A stretch of DNA of 64,000 bases, taken from positions 19,378-83,377 of the forward strand of contig JADZAC010000049.1 in assembly GCA_020852835.1 (NCBI GenBank), given 5' to 3'. The notes under the pieces are model-generated. The model was not told where the DNA came from. It ran no database searches and was given only the letters and a program-made list of their open reading frames with translations. Source of the DNA: Flavobacteriales bacterium (GTDB lineage: Bacteria; Bacteroidota; Bacteroidia; Flavobacteriales_F; PHOS-HE28). Shown piece by piece: positions 10,377-19,317 of the stretch (positions within the stretch are counted from its first letter, which is position 1; each line of letters starts with the position of its first letter). The translations under genes and the position numbers were made by a program.

Positions 10377-11900
10377 ATGATCCGGGAACAAGCCAAAGCA
10401 ATTCCATCCGGCCAAAATGCCGTCCTCCGCAACTTATTCCACGTGGGCGTGGCGGTGGCTGCCGTTGCATGGTGGAGCACGCCTGTCGCTGCTGCGGATG
10501 ATGACGCCGTACTGGAGTCCGCTGAGTTGATCGAACAACATGGCGTGGCCTGGTTGACAAACCTGGGCATTCCGGGCGTGGAATACGCGGTATCGGTATA
10601 CAAGCTCACCTATTGGACCCCCAACTTGCAAGGCGTACAGGCCTTGGCCTCCGCCGCATTCGTCATGCCGCAATTGGAATGTGAAGCGCCGTTGGTCGCC
10701 TTCATCCATGGCACCACCTACCTGAAAACGGCAGCACCTTCAGCCTGGAATGAAGATACCGGCTCAGAGATCCAAGGCTATTCGTTCGGGGCGTACGGCA
10801 TGGCCTGTGTGATGCCCGACCTGCTCGGCTTGGGCGATTCCCCCGGCCACCACCCCTACCTGAATGCAGCAGCCAATGCCCGCACCACCATTGATGCCAT
10901 CCGGGCGGCCCGGGAGTTCCAGCTGCAACAAGGGCTTCCGTTGCACAGCCAACTGTTCCTCATGGGCAGTTCCGCAGGTGCACACACGGCATTGGCCACC
11001 AACCGGATGATCTTGGAAGAGTATGCCGATGAATTCACCGTTGCGGCCACTGGCGGGGTCAGCGGGCCGTATGCCATCCACCCGGTTTTGCGCGACATCA
11101 TGCTCGCGGAAGAGCCCAACAATGGCGGCGCCGACCTGTTATACATGCTCATGGGCTACCATGCTGCCTACCCGGGCCTGTTCGCCTCCTACTCGAGCTT
11201 CCTGGTCAGCCCCTACAACGTGATCCTGCCCCCGCTGTACAACGGCACCTACGACATCGAGGACATTTACCCCTTGCTTCCTCCGGTCCCCGCCGACATG
11301 TTCCCCTTGGCCTTGCGGCAACAGCTCGCCACGCAGCCCAACGCCCCGCTTAACGTGAAGATGCGACTGAACAATGTGTTCAATTGGGTGCCCCAAGCAC
11401 CGGTGCGGTTGTGCTATTGCAGCAGCGACCCGCTGGTACCCCCTGAAAATTCGCAGATCGCCTACGATTCCCTCAGCGCCAATAGCAGCTTGGTGAACTT
11501 GTTGGACCTCTCCACCACGGCCTCCCATGCACTTTGCGGCCGCCTCGGCAGGATCAATATCACCAACTGGTTCCGGACGTTGGGCGTGGAATGCTCCGGC
11601 ACGGTGGGCATTGCAGCGCCGGGAACAGCGGCTCCGGACTTGTTCATCAGCCCCAATCCGGTCGCGTCCGGCGACATTGAAGTGCAGGTCACCGGCCTGG
11701 CGGCCAACAAGAGCGGCATGGCACGGATCCAGATCGTGGATGGCCAAGGGCGGAATGTGATGGACCGATCCGACCCGTTTTCCCGGGGTGAGCTGCGCGA
11801 AGTACTGGACCTGGATGAGGATCTCGCGCCAGGCGTCTATTCCTTGATCGTTACCTTGCCGAAGGTGCGCCTGGTAGAGCAAGTGGTGCTCACCCTGTAG
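10377..11900 (+). CDS. Secreted alpha/beta-hydrolase (lipase/esterase-like) with a T9SS C-terminal sorting domain. Paralog 1 of 3.
   Basis: GxSxG nucleophile elbow (LMGSSAGAHT). Conserved Asp (CYCSSDPLVPP) and His (TASHALC) complete a triad. The C-terminal roughly 80 aa (ISPNPVASGDIEVQV...IQIVDGQGRNV...GVYSLIVTL) match a Por-secretion tail. Confidence 0.6.
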   Translation: MIREQAKAIPSGQNAVLRNLFHVGVAVAAVAWWSTPVAAADDDAVLESAELIEQHGVAWLTNLGIPGVEYAVSVYKLTYWTPNLQGVQALASAAFVMPQLECEAPLVAFIHGTTYLKTAAPSAWNEDTGSEIQGYSFGAYGMACVMPDLLGLGDSPGHHPYLNAAANARTTIDAIRAAREFQLQQGLPLHSQLFLMGSSAGAHTALATNRMILEEYADEFTVAATGGVSGPYAIHPVLRDIMLAEEPNNGGADLLYMLMGYHAAYPGLFASYSSFLVSPYNVILPPLYNGTYDIEDIYPLLPPVPADMFPLALRQQLATQPNAPLNVKMRLNNVFNWVPQAPVRLCYCSSDPLVPPENSQIAYDSLSANSSLVNLLDLSTTASHALCGRLGRINITNWFRTLGVECSGTVGIAAPGTAAPDLFISPNPVASGDIEVQVTGLAANKSGMARIQIVDGQGRNVMDRSDPFSRGELREVLDLDEDLAPGVYSLIVTLPKVRLVEQVVLTL

Positions 11901-12183
11901 GCCTTGCTGAGGCGGACTGTTGAAGCCTGTCCGCGCTTTGTGGCCGGAGCCCGATGGCGGTATGCCAAGAGGCATCCGGAACCATGTGCCAGCCAATGCC
12001 GGTGAACCGGGTTGCTCCGCCACTGCTTGGTCTTCCGATCAATCGAGCAAAGGGTTCACCCGGCAACACCACCACTAGGGTGATCCATGCCCGAATATGC
12101 AGTGCCGGGCTGGTGTTAAAAGGCCGTAGATCCCGTTACCTTGGTCTATTATTTGCGGTGCTGCCCTGCACCTTTCTCCGACC

Positions 12184-13677
12184 ATGCATTCCAAGCATTT
12201 CCTGTCGTGGGCAGTAACCAGGCCGTTGGGCGGCCGTTTGTTTTCCGCCCTCATCTTGCCGGTGTTGTGCATCTTATGCTCAGCTCAAGCAGGGGCGCAG
12301 GTGCTTGTGTCCGCTACACCCATTGTGGAGCGGGATGTGGATTGGTTGCGCAGCAATGGAGTGCCCAATGCCCTTTATGGTGTGCGGGTTTGGAAGATCA
12401 TCTACCGAACCCCGGCGGTGAACGGGGCGCCTTCATTGGCCTCTGCTGCCTATGTAGACCCGATCAACAGCTGCGTGACGCCCCTGCTCTGCTACATCCA
12501 TGGCACCGCCTTCCTGAAGTCGGACGTCCCTTCGCGCTGGGAGGAAGGCAATGGCGGCGTAAGGCAAGGGTATGCCTACGGCAGCCAAGGCGTCGCCTGC
12601 ATTCTTCCGGACCTGCTGGGTTTGGGCGATTCACCGGGTCTTCATCCCTACCTGCATGCCGCCAGTGAGGCCAGTGCCTGCATGGATGCCGTACGCGCCG
12701 CGCGTGAATTCCGGGAGCAACACGGCGGCAGCCTGGGCGAGCAGCTTTTTTTGCTCGGGGTATCGGCCGGGGCACATGCCTGCCTGGCCACGGCCCAAGC
12801 CATGCAAACCGACCATGCCGAGGAATTCCACATCACTGCGGCGGCCGGCATCGACGGCCCCTACGCCGTGTTCCCGGTGATCAAGGATGAAATGACCGAC
12901 GACCAGGCCGACCAAGGCGCCGCCAATCTGGTGTACATCCTGTTGGCGTACAACGAAGCTTATCAGGGGCTGTTCTCCTCGGTCTCCGATTTTCTGGTGC
13001 CGCCGTACAACACCGAGATACCGCCGTTGTATGACGGGTACCATACCAAGGAACAGATCGAGCCGCTGCTGCCCGATACGTTCAGCCTCCTGATCCCGGA
13101 GGCGCTTGAACAGGAAGTGGATACCAACCCTGCATCGCCGTTGAACCTGCGCTTCAAGGAAAATACCGTGTTCAACTGGGCGCCGGAATTCCCGATGAAG
13201 CTCTACTACTGCACGAGCGACCTGTTCGTACTGCCGCAGAACACGCAGCTGGCCTTGGCTGGTTTTCAGGCCCACGGTGCCGCGGATGTCTCCGCCATCA
13301 TACCCTCAGGCGATGTGGACCACGGGGATTGCGCCCTGCTGTCGCAGCCCATGGTGTATGAATGGTTCCTTGCCCAAAAAGCGGGCTGCGACGGCACCTT
13401 CGGGCCGCCCCCTGCCGGCGACTTCAATTTCAGCCTCGTGCCCAATCCTTCCGAGGTAGGCAGCACCCTGCTCCAGTTCGGCCATGGCAATGAAGGGGAC
13501 AAGGTGTTGATCAGCGTGACCAACCTGCTGGGCCAAACCGTGATGAACCAGTATGGGTTGTGCGACGGGTACAACACCATTACGCTGGACACCCACCTTC
13601 TTGAGCCGGGAACCTACGTTGTGCAATCCGCCACAAAAGAGGGCCGCCATGGCGAAAAGCTTGTGCTGGTGCGCTGA
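12184..13677 (+). CDS. Secreted alpha/beta-hydrolase (lipase/esterase-like) with a T9SS C-terminal sorting domain. Paralog 2 of 3.
   Basis: Signal peptide. GVSAG elbow. Conserved Asp (CTSDLFVLP) and His (DVDHGDC). C-terminal tail VPNPSEV...LISVTNLLGQTV...GTYVV matches a Por-secretion domain. Roughly 45-50% identical to its neighbours. Confidence 0.6.
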   Translation: MHSKHFLSWAVTRPLGGRLFSALILPVLCILCSAQAGAQVLVSATPIVERDVDWLRSNGVPNALYGVRVWKIIYRTPAVNGAPSLASAAYVDPINSCVTPLLCYIHGTAFLKSDVPSRWEEGNGGVRQGYAYGSQGVACILPDLLGLGDSPGLHPYLHAASEASACMDAVRAAREFREQHGGSLGEQLFLLGVSAGAHACLATAQAMQTDHAEEFHITAAAGIDGPYAVFPVIKDEMTDDQADQGAANLVYILLAYNEAYQGLFSSVSDFLVPPYNTEIPPLYDGYHTKEQIEPLLPDTFSLLIPEALEQEVDTNPASPLNLRFKENTVFNWAPEFPMKLYYCTSDLFVLPQNTQLALAGFQAHGAADVSAIIPSGDVDHGDCALLSQPMVYEWFLAQKAGCDGTFGPPPAGDFNFSLVPNPSEVGSTLLQFGHGNEGDKVLISVTNLLGQTVMNQYGLCDGYNTITLDTHLLEPGTYVVQSATKEGRHGEKLVLVR

Positions 13678-13898
13678 TCCCACAGGCGTTGGCGGGGGTG
13701 CGGCAGGCGTTTACGATAGCTGCTTTCCGAATAGGCCACCGGGCTGCTCCGGGAGATGAAGCGCCAGGTCCATCAGCCCGGTCGGACCTGAAAAAAGGCT
13801 GCTCACGCCCCCTATTGCCGCCATGGTCGAATTCTGCACCGGGCCTTTTTCGCCCCCGGTAGCTTTGCACCCTGACCGAGCTATTTGCTTGCTTTTGA

Positions 13899-15413
13899 AT
13901 GAAATCCTTCCGCCCTATTGCGTGCATGAACTTCCTTGGATCGAAAAATTCCGCCATGGCCCTGGTGGCGGCCATGCTGATGGGCGCGCCCTTGGCAGTG
14001 CAGGCCCAAAGCCCCGTGCTTGAATCAGCCGAACTGACCCTTGAACGCAGTGCCGCTTGGCTGCAGGGTGCCGGCATTGAAGATGCAGGTAACGGCGTGG
14101 CGGTATACAAACTGACCTATTGGACGCCCAACCTGCAGGGGAACAGCGCACTGGCCACGGCCGCGTTGGTGGTGCCCCAAACCAGTTGTGAAATACCGCT
14201 GGTGGCGTTCATCCACGGCACCATGTTCCTGAAGTCGGATGCCCCCTCGGCCTGGAATGACGATGCCGGCTCGAAGCCCATTGGCTACACGCTGGGCGCT
14301 TACGGATTTGCGTGCGTGCTGCCCGACCTGTTGGGCTTGGGGAGCTCACCCGGGCGACACCCTTACTTGAACGCGCGGGTAAATGCGCGCACCACCATTG
14401 ATGCGGTGCGCGCGGCCCGTGAATTCATGGAGCAGCAGAACGCACCGCTCAACGACCAGCTTTTTCTCATGGGCAGCTCTGCGGGGTCGCACACCAGCCT
14501 GGCCACCACGCGCATGATCCAGGAGGAATATGCCGATGAATTCACCGTGAGCGCCACGGCAGGCATCAATGGGCCTTACGCGGTCAGTCCGGTCCTGCGC
14601 GACGTGATGCTGGAAGACCAGGTGAACAACGGCGGAGCCAACGTGGTGTACATGCTGCTGGGCTACCAGGCAGCCTATCCGGGCTTGTTCAATTCCGTTT
14701 CCAGCTTTTTGGCAAGCCCCTACAAAACCACCTTGCCGCCGTTGTACAACGGCATGCACTCGGTGTTCGAGATCATCCCCCAGCTTCCAGCGGTGCCTGC
14801 CGACCTGTTGCCTGCCGCCCTGCGGCAGGAACTGGCCGACCAGCCCGATTCGCCGCTCAACCAGAAATTGAGGGAGAACAGTGTTTTTGATTGGACGCCC
14901 GGTTCGCCCGTGCGCCTGTGCTACTGCAGCAGCGATCACATGGTACCGCCGGAAAACTCACTGATCGCCTACGATTCCCTCACCGCCCACGGCGATGCCC
15001 CGGTAGAACTGGTTGAAATGTCAAGCACGGCCAGCCACGGTGAATGCGCCCAGCTGGGCAAGGATAATGTGATCGCCTGGTTCCGGTCGCTCAAGGTGGA
15101 TTGCAACGGCACTACCGTTGGCATTTCTCCCGGTGCGGCACAAGCGCCCGCCTTGCAGCTCCACCCCAACCCGCTGGCAGGCGGCACCCTGCACATTGAC
15201 CTCTCCGGCCTGACCCTCAATGAACCCGGCAACGCCATGATCGCCTTGGTGGATGCCCGTGGCCGTACGGTGCAACAGGAGATAGGCCGATTCGGCCCGA
15301 ACACCCCACGGGCCGCCCTGGAGGTACAACCGGGGCTGGACGCCGGGCTGTACTCGGTGGTGGTTACCCTTCCCGGCCACCGGTTGGTGCAGCGGCTGGT
15401 GTTGGCGCACTGA
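13899..15413 (+). CDS. Secreted alpha/beta-hydrolase (lipase/esterase-like) with a T9SS C-terminal sorting domain. Paralog 3 of 3.
   Basis: Signal peptide MALVAAMLMGAPLAVQA. GSSAG elbow. Asp in CSSDHMVPP and His in TASHGEC. C-terminal tail HPNPLAGG...IALVDARGRTV...GLYSVVVTL. This copy is closest to paralog 1. Confidence 0.6.
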   Translation: MKSFRPIACMNFLGSKNSAMALVAAMLMGAPLAVQAQSPVLESAELTLERSAAWLQGAGIEDAGNGVAVYKLTYWTPNLQGNSALATAALVVPQTSCEIPLVAFIHGTMFLKSDAPSAWNDDAGSKPIGYTLGAYGFACVLPDLLGLGSSPGRHPYLNARVNARTTIDAVRAAREFMEQQNAPLNDQLFLMGSSAGSHTSLATTRMIQEEYADEFTVSATAGINGPYAVSPVLRDVMLEDQVNNGGANVVYMLLGYQAAYPGLFNSVSSFLASPYKTTLPPLYNGMHSVFEIIPQLPAVPADLLPAALRQELADQPDSPLNQKLRENSVFDWTPGSPVRLCYCSSDHMVPPENSLIAYDSLTAHGDAPVELVEMSSTASHGECAQLGKDNVIAWFRSLKVDCNGTTVGISPGAAQAPALQLHPNPLAGGTLHIDLSGLTLNEPGNAMIALVDARGRTVQQEIGRFGPNTPRAALEVQPGLDAGLYSVVVTLPGHRLVQRLVLAH

Positions 15414-15417
15414 GCAT

Positions 15418-17175
15418 TCAGCGGGCTTCCTTGGCGAACTGCAGGTCGTACAATTTGCGGTAGGCCCCGTTCAGGGCCAGGAGTTCCTGGTGGTTTCCTT
15501 GCTCAATGATGTGCCCGGCCTGCACCACCAGGATCTGATCGGCCTTTTGCACGGTGCTCAGGCGGTGGGCGATGATGATGCTGGTGCGCCCTTGGGTGAT
15601 CTTGTCGGTGGCCGCTTGGATCAATTGCTCGCTGTGGCTGTCCACGCTGCTGGTAGCCTCATCGAGCACCAGCACCTTGGGCGCGTTCACATAGGCCCGG
15701 ATGAACGCCAGCAGTTGGCGCTGGCCCGTGCTGAGGATGGCGCCGCGCTCGCGGACGGAAGTGTCATAGCCTTGGGGCAATTGCATGATGAACCCATGGG
15801 CACCCACGGCCTTGGCCGCGGCCTCCACCTGGGCGCGGCTGATGCCTGGGTCGTTGAGCGTGATGTTGTTGTGCACCGTGTCGCTGAACAGGAACACGTC
15901 CTGCAGCACCACGGAAATGCTCTTGCGCAGGTCATCCAGCCGGTACGACCGGATGTCCTCGCCGTCCAACAACACTTGGCCTTGCTGAAAATCGTAAGCC
16001 CGGCTCAACACGTTCACAATGCTGCTCTTGCCGCTTCCGGTGGCGCCCACCAACGCGATCTTCTCACCGGCTTTGGCCTGAAAAGAGATGCCTTTGAGCA
16101 CATGATCGTTTTCCGAGTAGGCGAACCAGAGATCTTTGAACTCAATGTTGCCCCGTACGCCACCTGTGCCCCGCGTGCCCTGGTCGGCCATGCGCTCCTC
16201 GGTATCGAGCAGGGCGAACACGCGTTGGCTGCCCACCATGCCCATTTGCAGCACGTTGAAGCGGTCGGCCAATTGCCGCATGGGCCTGTACAGCATGTTG
16301 ATGAACTGGATGTAGGCGATCAGTTCACCGAAAGTGGCCACCCCTTGCAGCACGTCACCCACGCCCCACCAGATCAGGAAGGCCAACGACACCGCACTGA
16401 GCACATCCACCACCGGGAAGAACACCGAATAGGCCAGCACCGACCGGATGTGTGCACTGCGATGCTCCCGGTTGATGCGCTTGAACTTTTCCTGTTCCTG
16501 GCGCTCGCGCCCGAACAGTTGCACGATGGCCATGCCCTGGATGTGCTCCTGCACGAAGGCATTGAGGCGTGCCACCTGGTTGCGCACGTCGATGAAGCTG
16601 CGCTGGATGGCGTTCTTGAAGATGCGCGTGGCCCACAGCAGCAGCGGGATCGGCACCATGCTCCACAAGGCCAGCTCCCAGTTGTAGGCGAACATCACCA
16701 CCACCACCACTACCAGCTTGAGCAGGTCGCCCATGATGCTGAGCAACCCTTGGGAAAAAATGTCCTCGATGGTCTCAATGTCGCTTACCACCCGTGTTAC
16801 CAACGTGCCTATGGGCGTGCGATCGAAAAAGCGCATGCGGAACCGCACCAGCTTGGTGAAGAGGGCTTGGCGCAGGTCGATGGTCACGGTTTGCCCGAGC
16901 CAACTGGTCCAATAGGCCTGGTGGAACTGCACCACGGCTTCCACGGCCAGCAAGGCCGCCAGCACGGCCATCATCCGGTAGAGCCCGGGCAGGTCGCCCT
17001 TGGCGGCATGATCGTCCACCATGATGGCCATGAGCACCGGGCGCACCACACTGAGCAGCGACAGCAGGATGGTAAGGGCGAACGTGATCCAGAACAACCT
17101 GCGGTAGGGGCGCACAAAGGCCATCACCCTGCGGAACAGGCCCATGTCGAAGGCGGAACCCTGTGAAGCGCTCAT
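15418..17175 (-). CDS. ABC transporter, fused permease and ATP-binding protein (MsbA/exporter type)
   Basis: Six-TM N-terminal domain followed by Walker A (GATGSGKSS), signature LSTGQRQ and Walker B LVLDEATS. Start set at the internal Met (MSASQG). Confidence 0.85.
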   Translation of the reverse strand: MSASQGSAFDMGLFRRVMAFVRPYRRLFWITFALTILLSLLSVVRPVLMAIMVDDHAAKGDLPGLYRMMAVLAALLAVEAVVQFHQAYWTSWLGQTVTIDLRQALFTKLVRFRMRFFDRTPIGTLVTRVVSDIETIEDIFSQGLLSIMGDLLKLVVVVVVMFAYNWELALWSMVPIPLLLWATRIFKNAIQRSFIDVRNQVARLNAFVQEHIQGMAIVQLFGRERQEQEKFKRINREHRSAHIRSVLAYSVFFPVVDVLSAVSLAFLIWWGVGDVLQGVATFGELIAYIQFINMLYRPMRQLADRFNVLQMGMVGSQRVFALLDTEERMADQGTRGTGGVRGNIEFKDLWFAYSENDHVLKGISFQAKAGEKIALVGATGSGKSSIVNVLSRAYDFQQGQVLLDGEDIRSYRLDDLRKSISVVLQDVFLFSDTVHNNITLNDPGISRAQVEAAAKAVGAHGFIMQLPQGYDTSVRERGAILSTGQRQLLAFIRAYVNAPKVLVLDEATSSVDSHSEQLIQAATDKITQGRTSIIIAHRLSTVQKADQILVVQAGHIIEQGNHQELLALNGAYRKLYDLQFAKEAR

Positions 17176-17930
17176 GACTTGGCTTCTGCGATGAAAGGAT
17201 ACGCGATGCGCGCCAGGTAGAGGCCGCAGGCTGGTGCGCTCTTGCCGGCCATGGCCCGGTTGCCCGATGCAAGCACTTCCGCCATGTATGCCTCCGGCCA
17301 CTGCCCTTTTCCGATGCGGATGCAGGTGCCCACAATGGCGCGCACCATGTTGCGTAAAAAGCGGTCCGCGGAAATGGTGAACCGGTAGCCCGCGCCCGTG
17401 GCCGTCCATTGCGCCTGCCGCACCTCGCAGATGCTGGTGCGGTTATCGCTGCCGGTGCGCTGGAAACAGCGGAAATCATGCTTGCCCAGCAGGTACAGGC
17501 AGGCTTGGTTCATGGCAGGCAGGTCCAGCGCCGGATGCAACAAATAGGAGCGGTCGTGCAGAAAGGGATCCTTCTGCCGGTGCACCAGGTAAGCGTATTC
17601 CCGCTCGCGGGCACTGAACCGCGCATGGGCCTCATCGGCCACGGGCAGCACGCGCTTCACGGCGATGCTGGCCGGCAATGCGGCGTTCACCCCTTGGGCG
17701 AAGCGGAGTGCATCGGACAAGGGCTCACCCGCATCAAAGTGGAGGAAATAGGAAGAGGCGTGCACCCCGGTATCCGTACGGCCGCAGCCCACGGCGTTCA
17801 CCTTGTCCATGCGCAGGCGCAGTTGAAGGGCCTTTTCCACCTCGGCCTGCACGGAAGGTGCATCCGCTTGCCGCTGCCACCCCCTGAACGGCGTGCCGTC
17901 ATAGGCGATCTCCATGAAGTAGCGCGGCAT
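17172..17930 (-). CDS. truA: tRNA pseudouridine(38-40) synthase TruA
   Basis: N-terminus MPRYFMEIAYDGTPFRGWQRQ and the conserved TDTGVHA catalytic Asp motif. Its stop overlaps the downstream ABC start as ATGA. Confidence 0.85.
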   Translation of the reverse strand: MPRYFMEIAYDGTPFRGWQRQADAPSVQAEVEKALQLRLRMDKVNAVGCGRTDTGVHASSYFLHFDAGEPLSDALRFAQGVNAALPASIAVKRVLPVADEAHARFSAREREYAYLVHRQKDPFLHDRSYLLHPALDLPAMNQACLYLLGKHDFRCFQRTGSDNRTSICEVRQAQWTATGAGYRFTISADRFLRNMVRAIVGTCIRIGKGQWPEAYMAEVLASGNRAMAGKSAPACGLYLARIAYPFIAEAKS

Positions 17931-18056
17931 GTTGGCGATCAATGGGCGAACCAATGCTCCGAGCTTCGTGATCCGGGACGTGGTTCAAGGGCGCAAAAAT
18001 AGGCCGGGCCCTTGGGCGATCTTCGCGCCCTTGAACCACCCTCCTCCGGCGCCCCC

Positions 18057-18560
18057 ATGAAACGCATCGGTCTGTTGAGCGATACCCACGGATGGCTGGA
18101 CCCTCGCTTGCAGGCCCACTTCGCGGGCTGCGATGAGATCTGGCATGCGGGCGATATCGGCACCGCCGGCGTTACCGATGAGCTGCGGCGCTGGAAACCG
18201 CTGCGCGCGGTGCATGGCAACATCGATGGCACCCCGTTGAGGCAAGAGTTCCCGGCAGACCTGCGCTTCACGCTGGAAGGCGTGCGCGTGTGGATCACCC
18301 ACATCGGAGGCCGCCCGCCGCGCTATGACCCTGCCATACGGGATGAACTGCGCCGTGATCCGCCCTTGCTGTTGGTCTGCGGGCATTCGCACATCTGCCT
18401 GGTGCAGTTCGACCCTGCGTTGAACATGCTGTACATGAACCCGGGTGCCACAGGGCGGCAAGGATGGCACAAGGTGCGCACCGCGTTGCGCTTCACCCTG
18501 GTTGAAGGGCAGTTGAAGGACCTGGAAGTGATCGAGCTCGGCCTGCGGGGCAGGGAATAA
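18057..18560 (+). CDS. Metallophosphoesterase (YfcE-like phosphodiesterase)
   Basis: Motifs LLSDTHG, WHAGDIG, and GHSH. Confidence 0.75.
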   Translation: MKRIGLLSDTHGWLDPRLQAHFAGCDEIWHAGDIGTAGVTDELRRWKPLRAVHGNIDGTPLRQEFPADLRFTLEGVRVWITHIGGRPPRYDPAIRDELRRDPPLLLVCGHSHICLVQFDPALNMLYMNPGATGRQGWHKVRTALRFTLVEGQLKDLEVIELGLRGRE

Positions 18561-18611
18561 CCTGCAGGCATGGGTTGGAAGGCGCCCCATCCCAACAGTG
18601 CGATCGAACGT

Positions 18612-19085
18612 TCACCTCAATCTGTCCACACTCTTCACCAGCTCTTCATCCTTGCGGATGCCGCGGATGGACAGCACCACGAACACGACCATCACCAACG
18701 GCAAAATGGCAGCAAGTCCGTAGGTGTTCTCCACCTTGCCGCCTTGTTCCAGGTAGGCGCGTATGGAGTTGTCCGTGATGAACAGGAACACCTGCACGGC
18801 GATCAACAGCAGGTTGAGCATGCGGGCCAGTCGCATTTGGCGGGGGCGGTTGCGGTACAGAAAGACCAGCCCGATCAGCAGGGCGGACAACAGGCCGAGC
18901 ACTGCGGCGAACGGCACCTTCAAGGCCGCATCCACCACGTTGGCGCCATCGCCGGTGAAAAAGCCGGTGGTGCGGAAAACAAAGGACTGGTCACCGCGGA
19001 TGAACGTATCCACCGGAAAGAGGAAGGTGAGCCCACCGCAAACTGCGGCCAACAGCAGGAAAAGGGTTTGTTTTCGTTGAAGCAT
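18612..19085 (-). CDS. DUF4293-like membrane protein. This family sits upstream of rho in many Bacteroidota genomes.
   Basis: Four predicted TM helices. Start set at MLQRKQTLFLLLAAV. Divergent from rho. Confidence 0.55.
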   Translation of the reverse strand: MLQRKQTLFLLLAAVCGGLTFLFPVDTFIRGDQSFVFRTTGFFTGDGANVVDAALKVPFAAVLGLLSALLIGLVFLYRNRPRQMRLARMLNLLLIAVQVFLFITDNSIRAYLEQGGKVENTYGLAAILPLVMVVFVVLSIRGIRKDEELVKSVDRLR

Positions 19086-19317
19086 GGGTGCAGGAGCAAG
19101 GCGCGAAGATCGCCCCTGGGAACCTTGGGGGAAAATCCGCGCCGGATGCCCTCTGAAAATCTTCCGCTGAAAGCCGATCTGCATTATCATTGCACCGGCT
19201 TTTGCGTGCTGCCCGATCTTCATTCACCGGCAGTTCCTCCCAAACCCATCGATTTTTACTGAAGCCCTTGTGGCTTGATGCGGCAACCGGCCGTATCCCT
19301 CATTGAACCCTTCCCAC

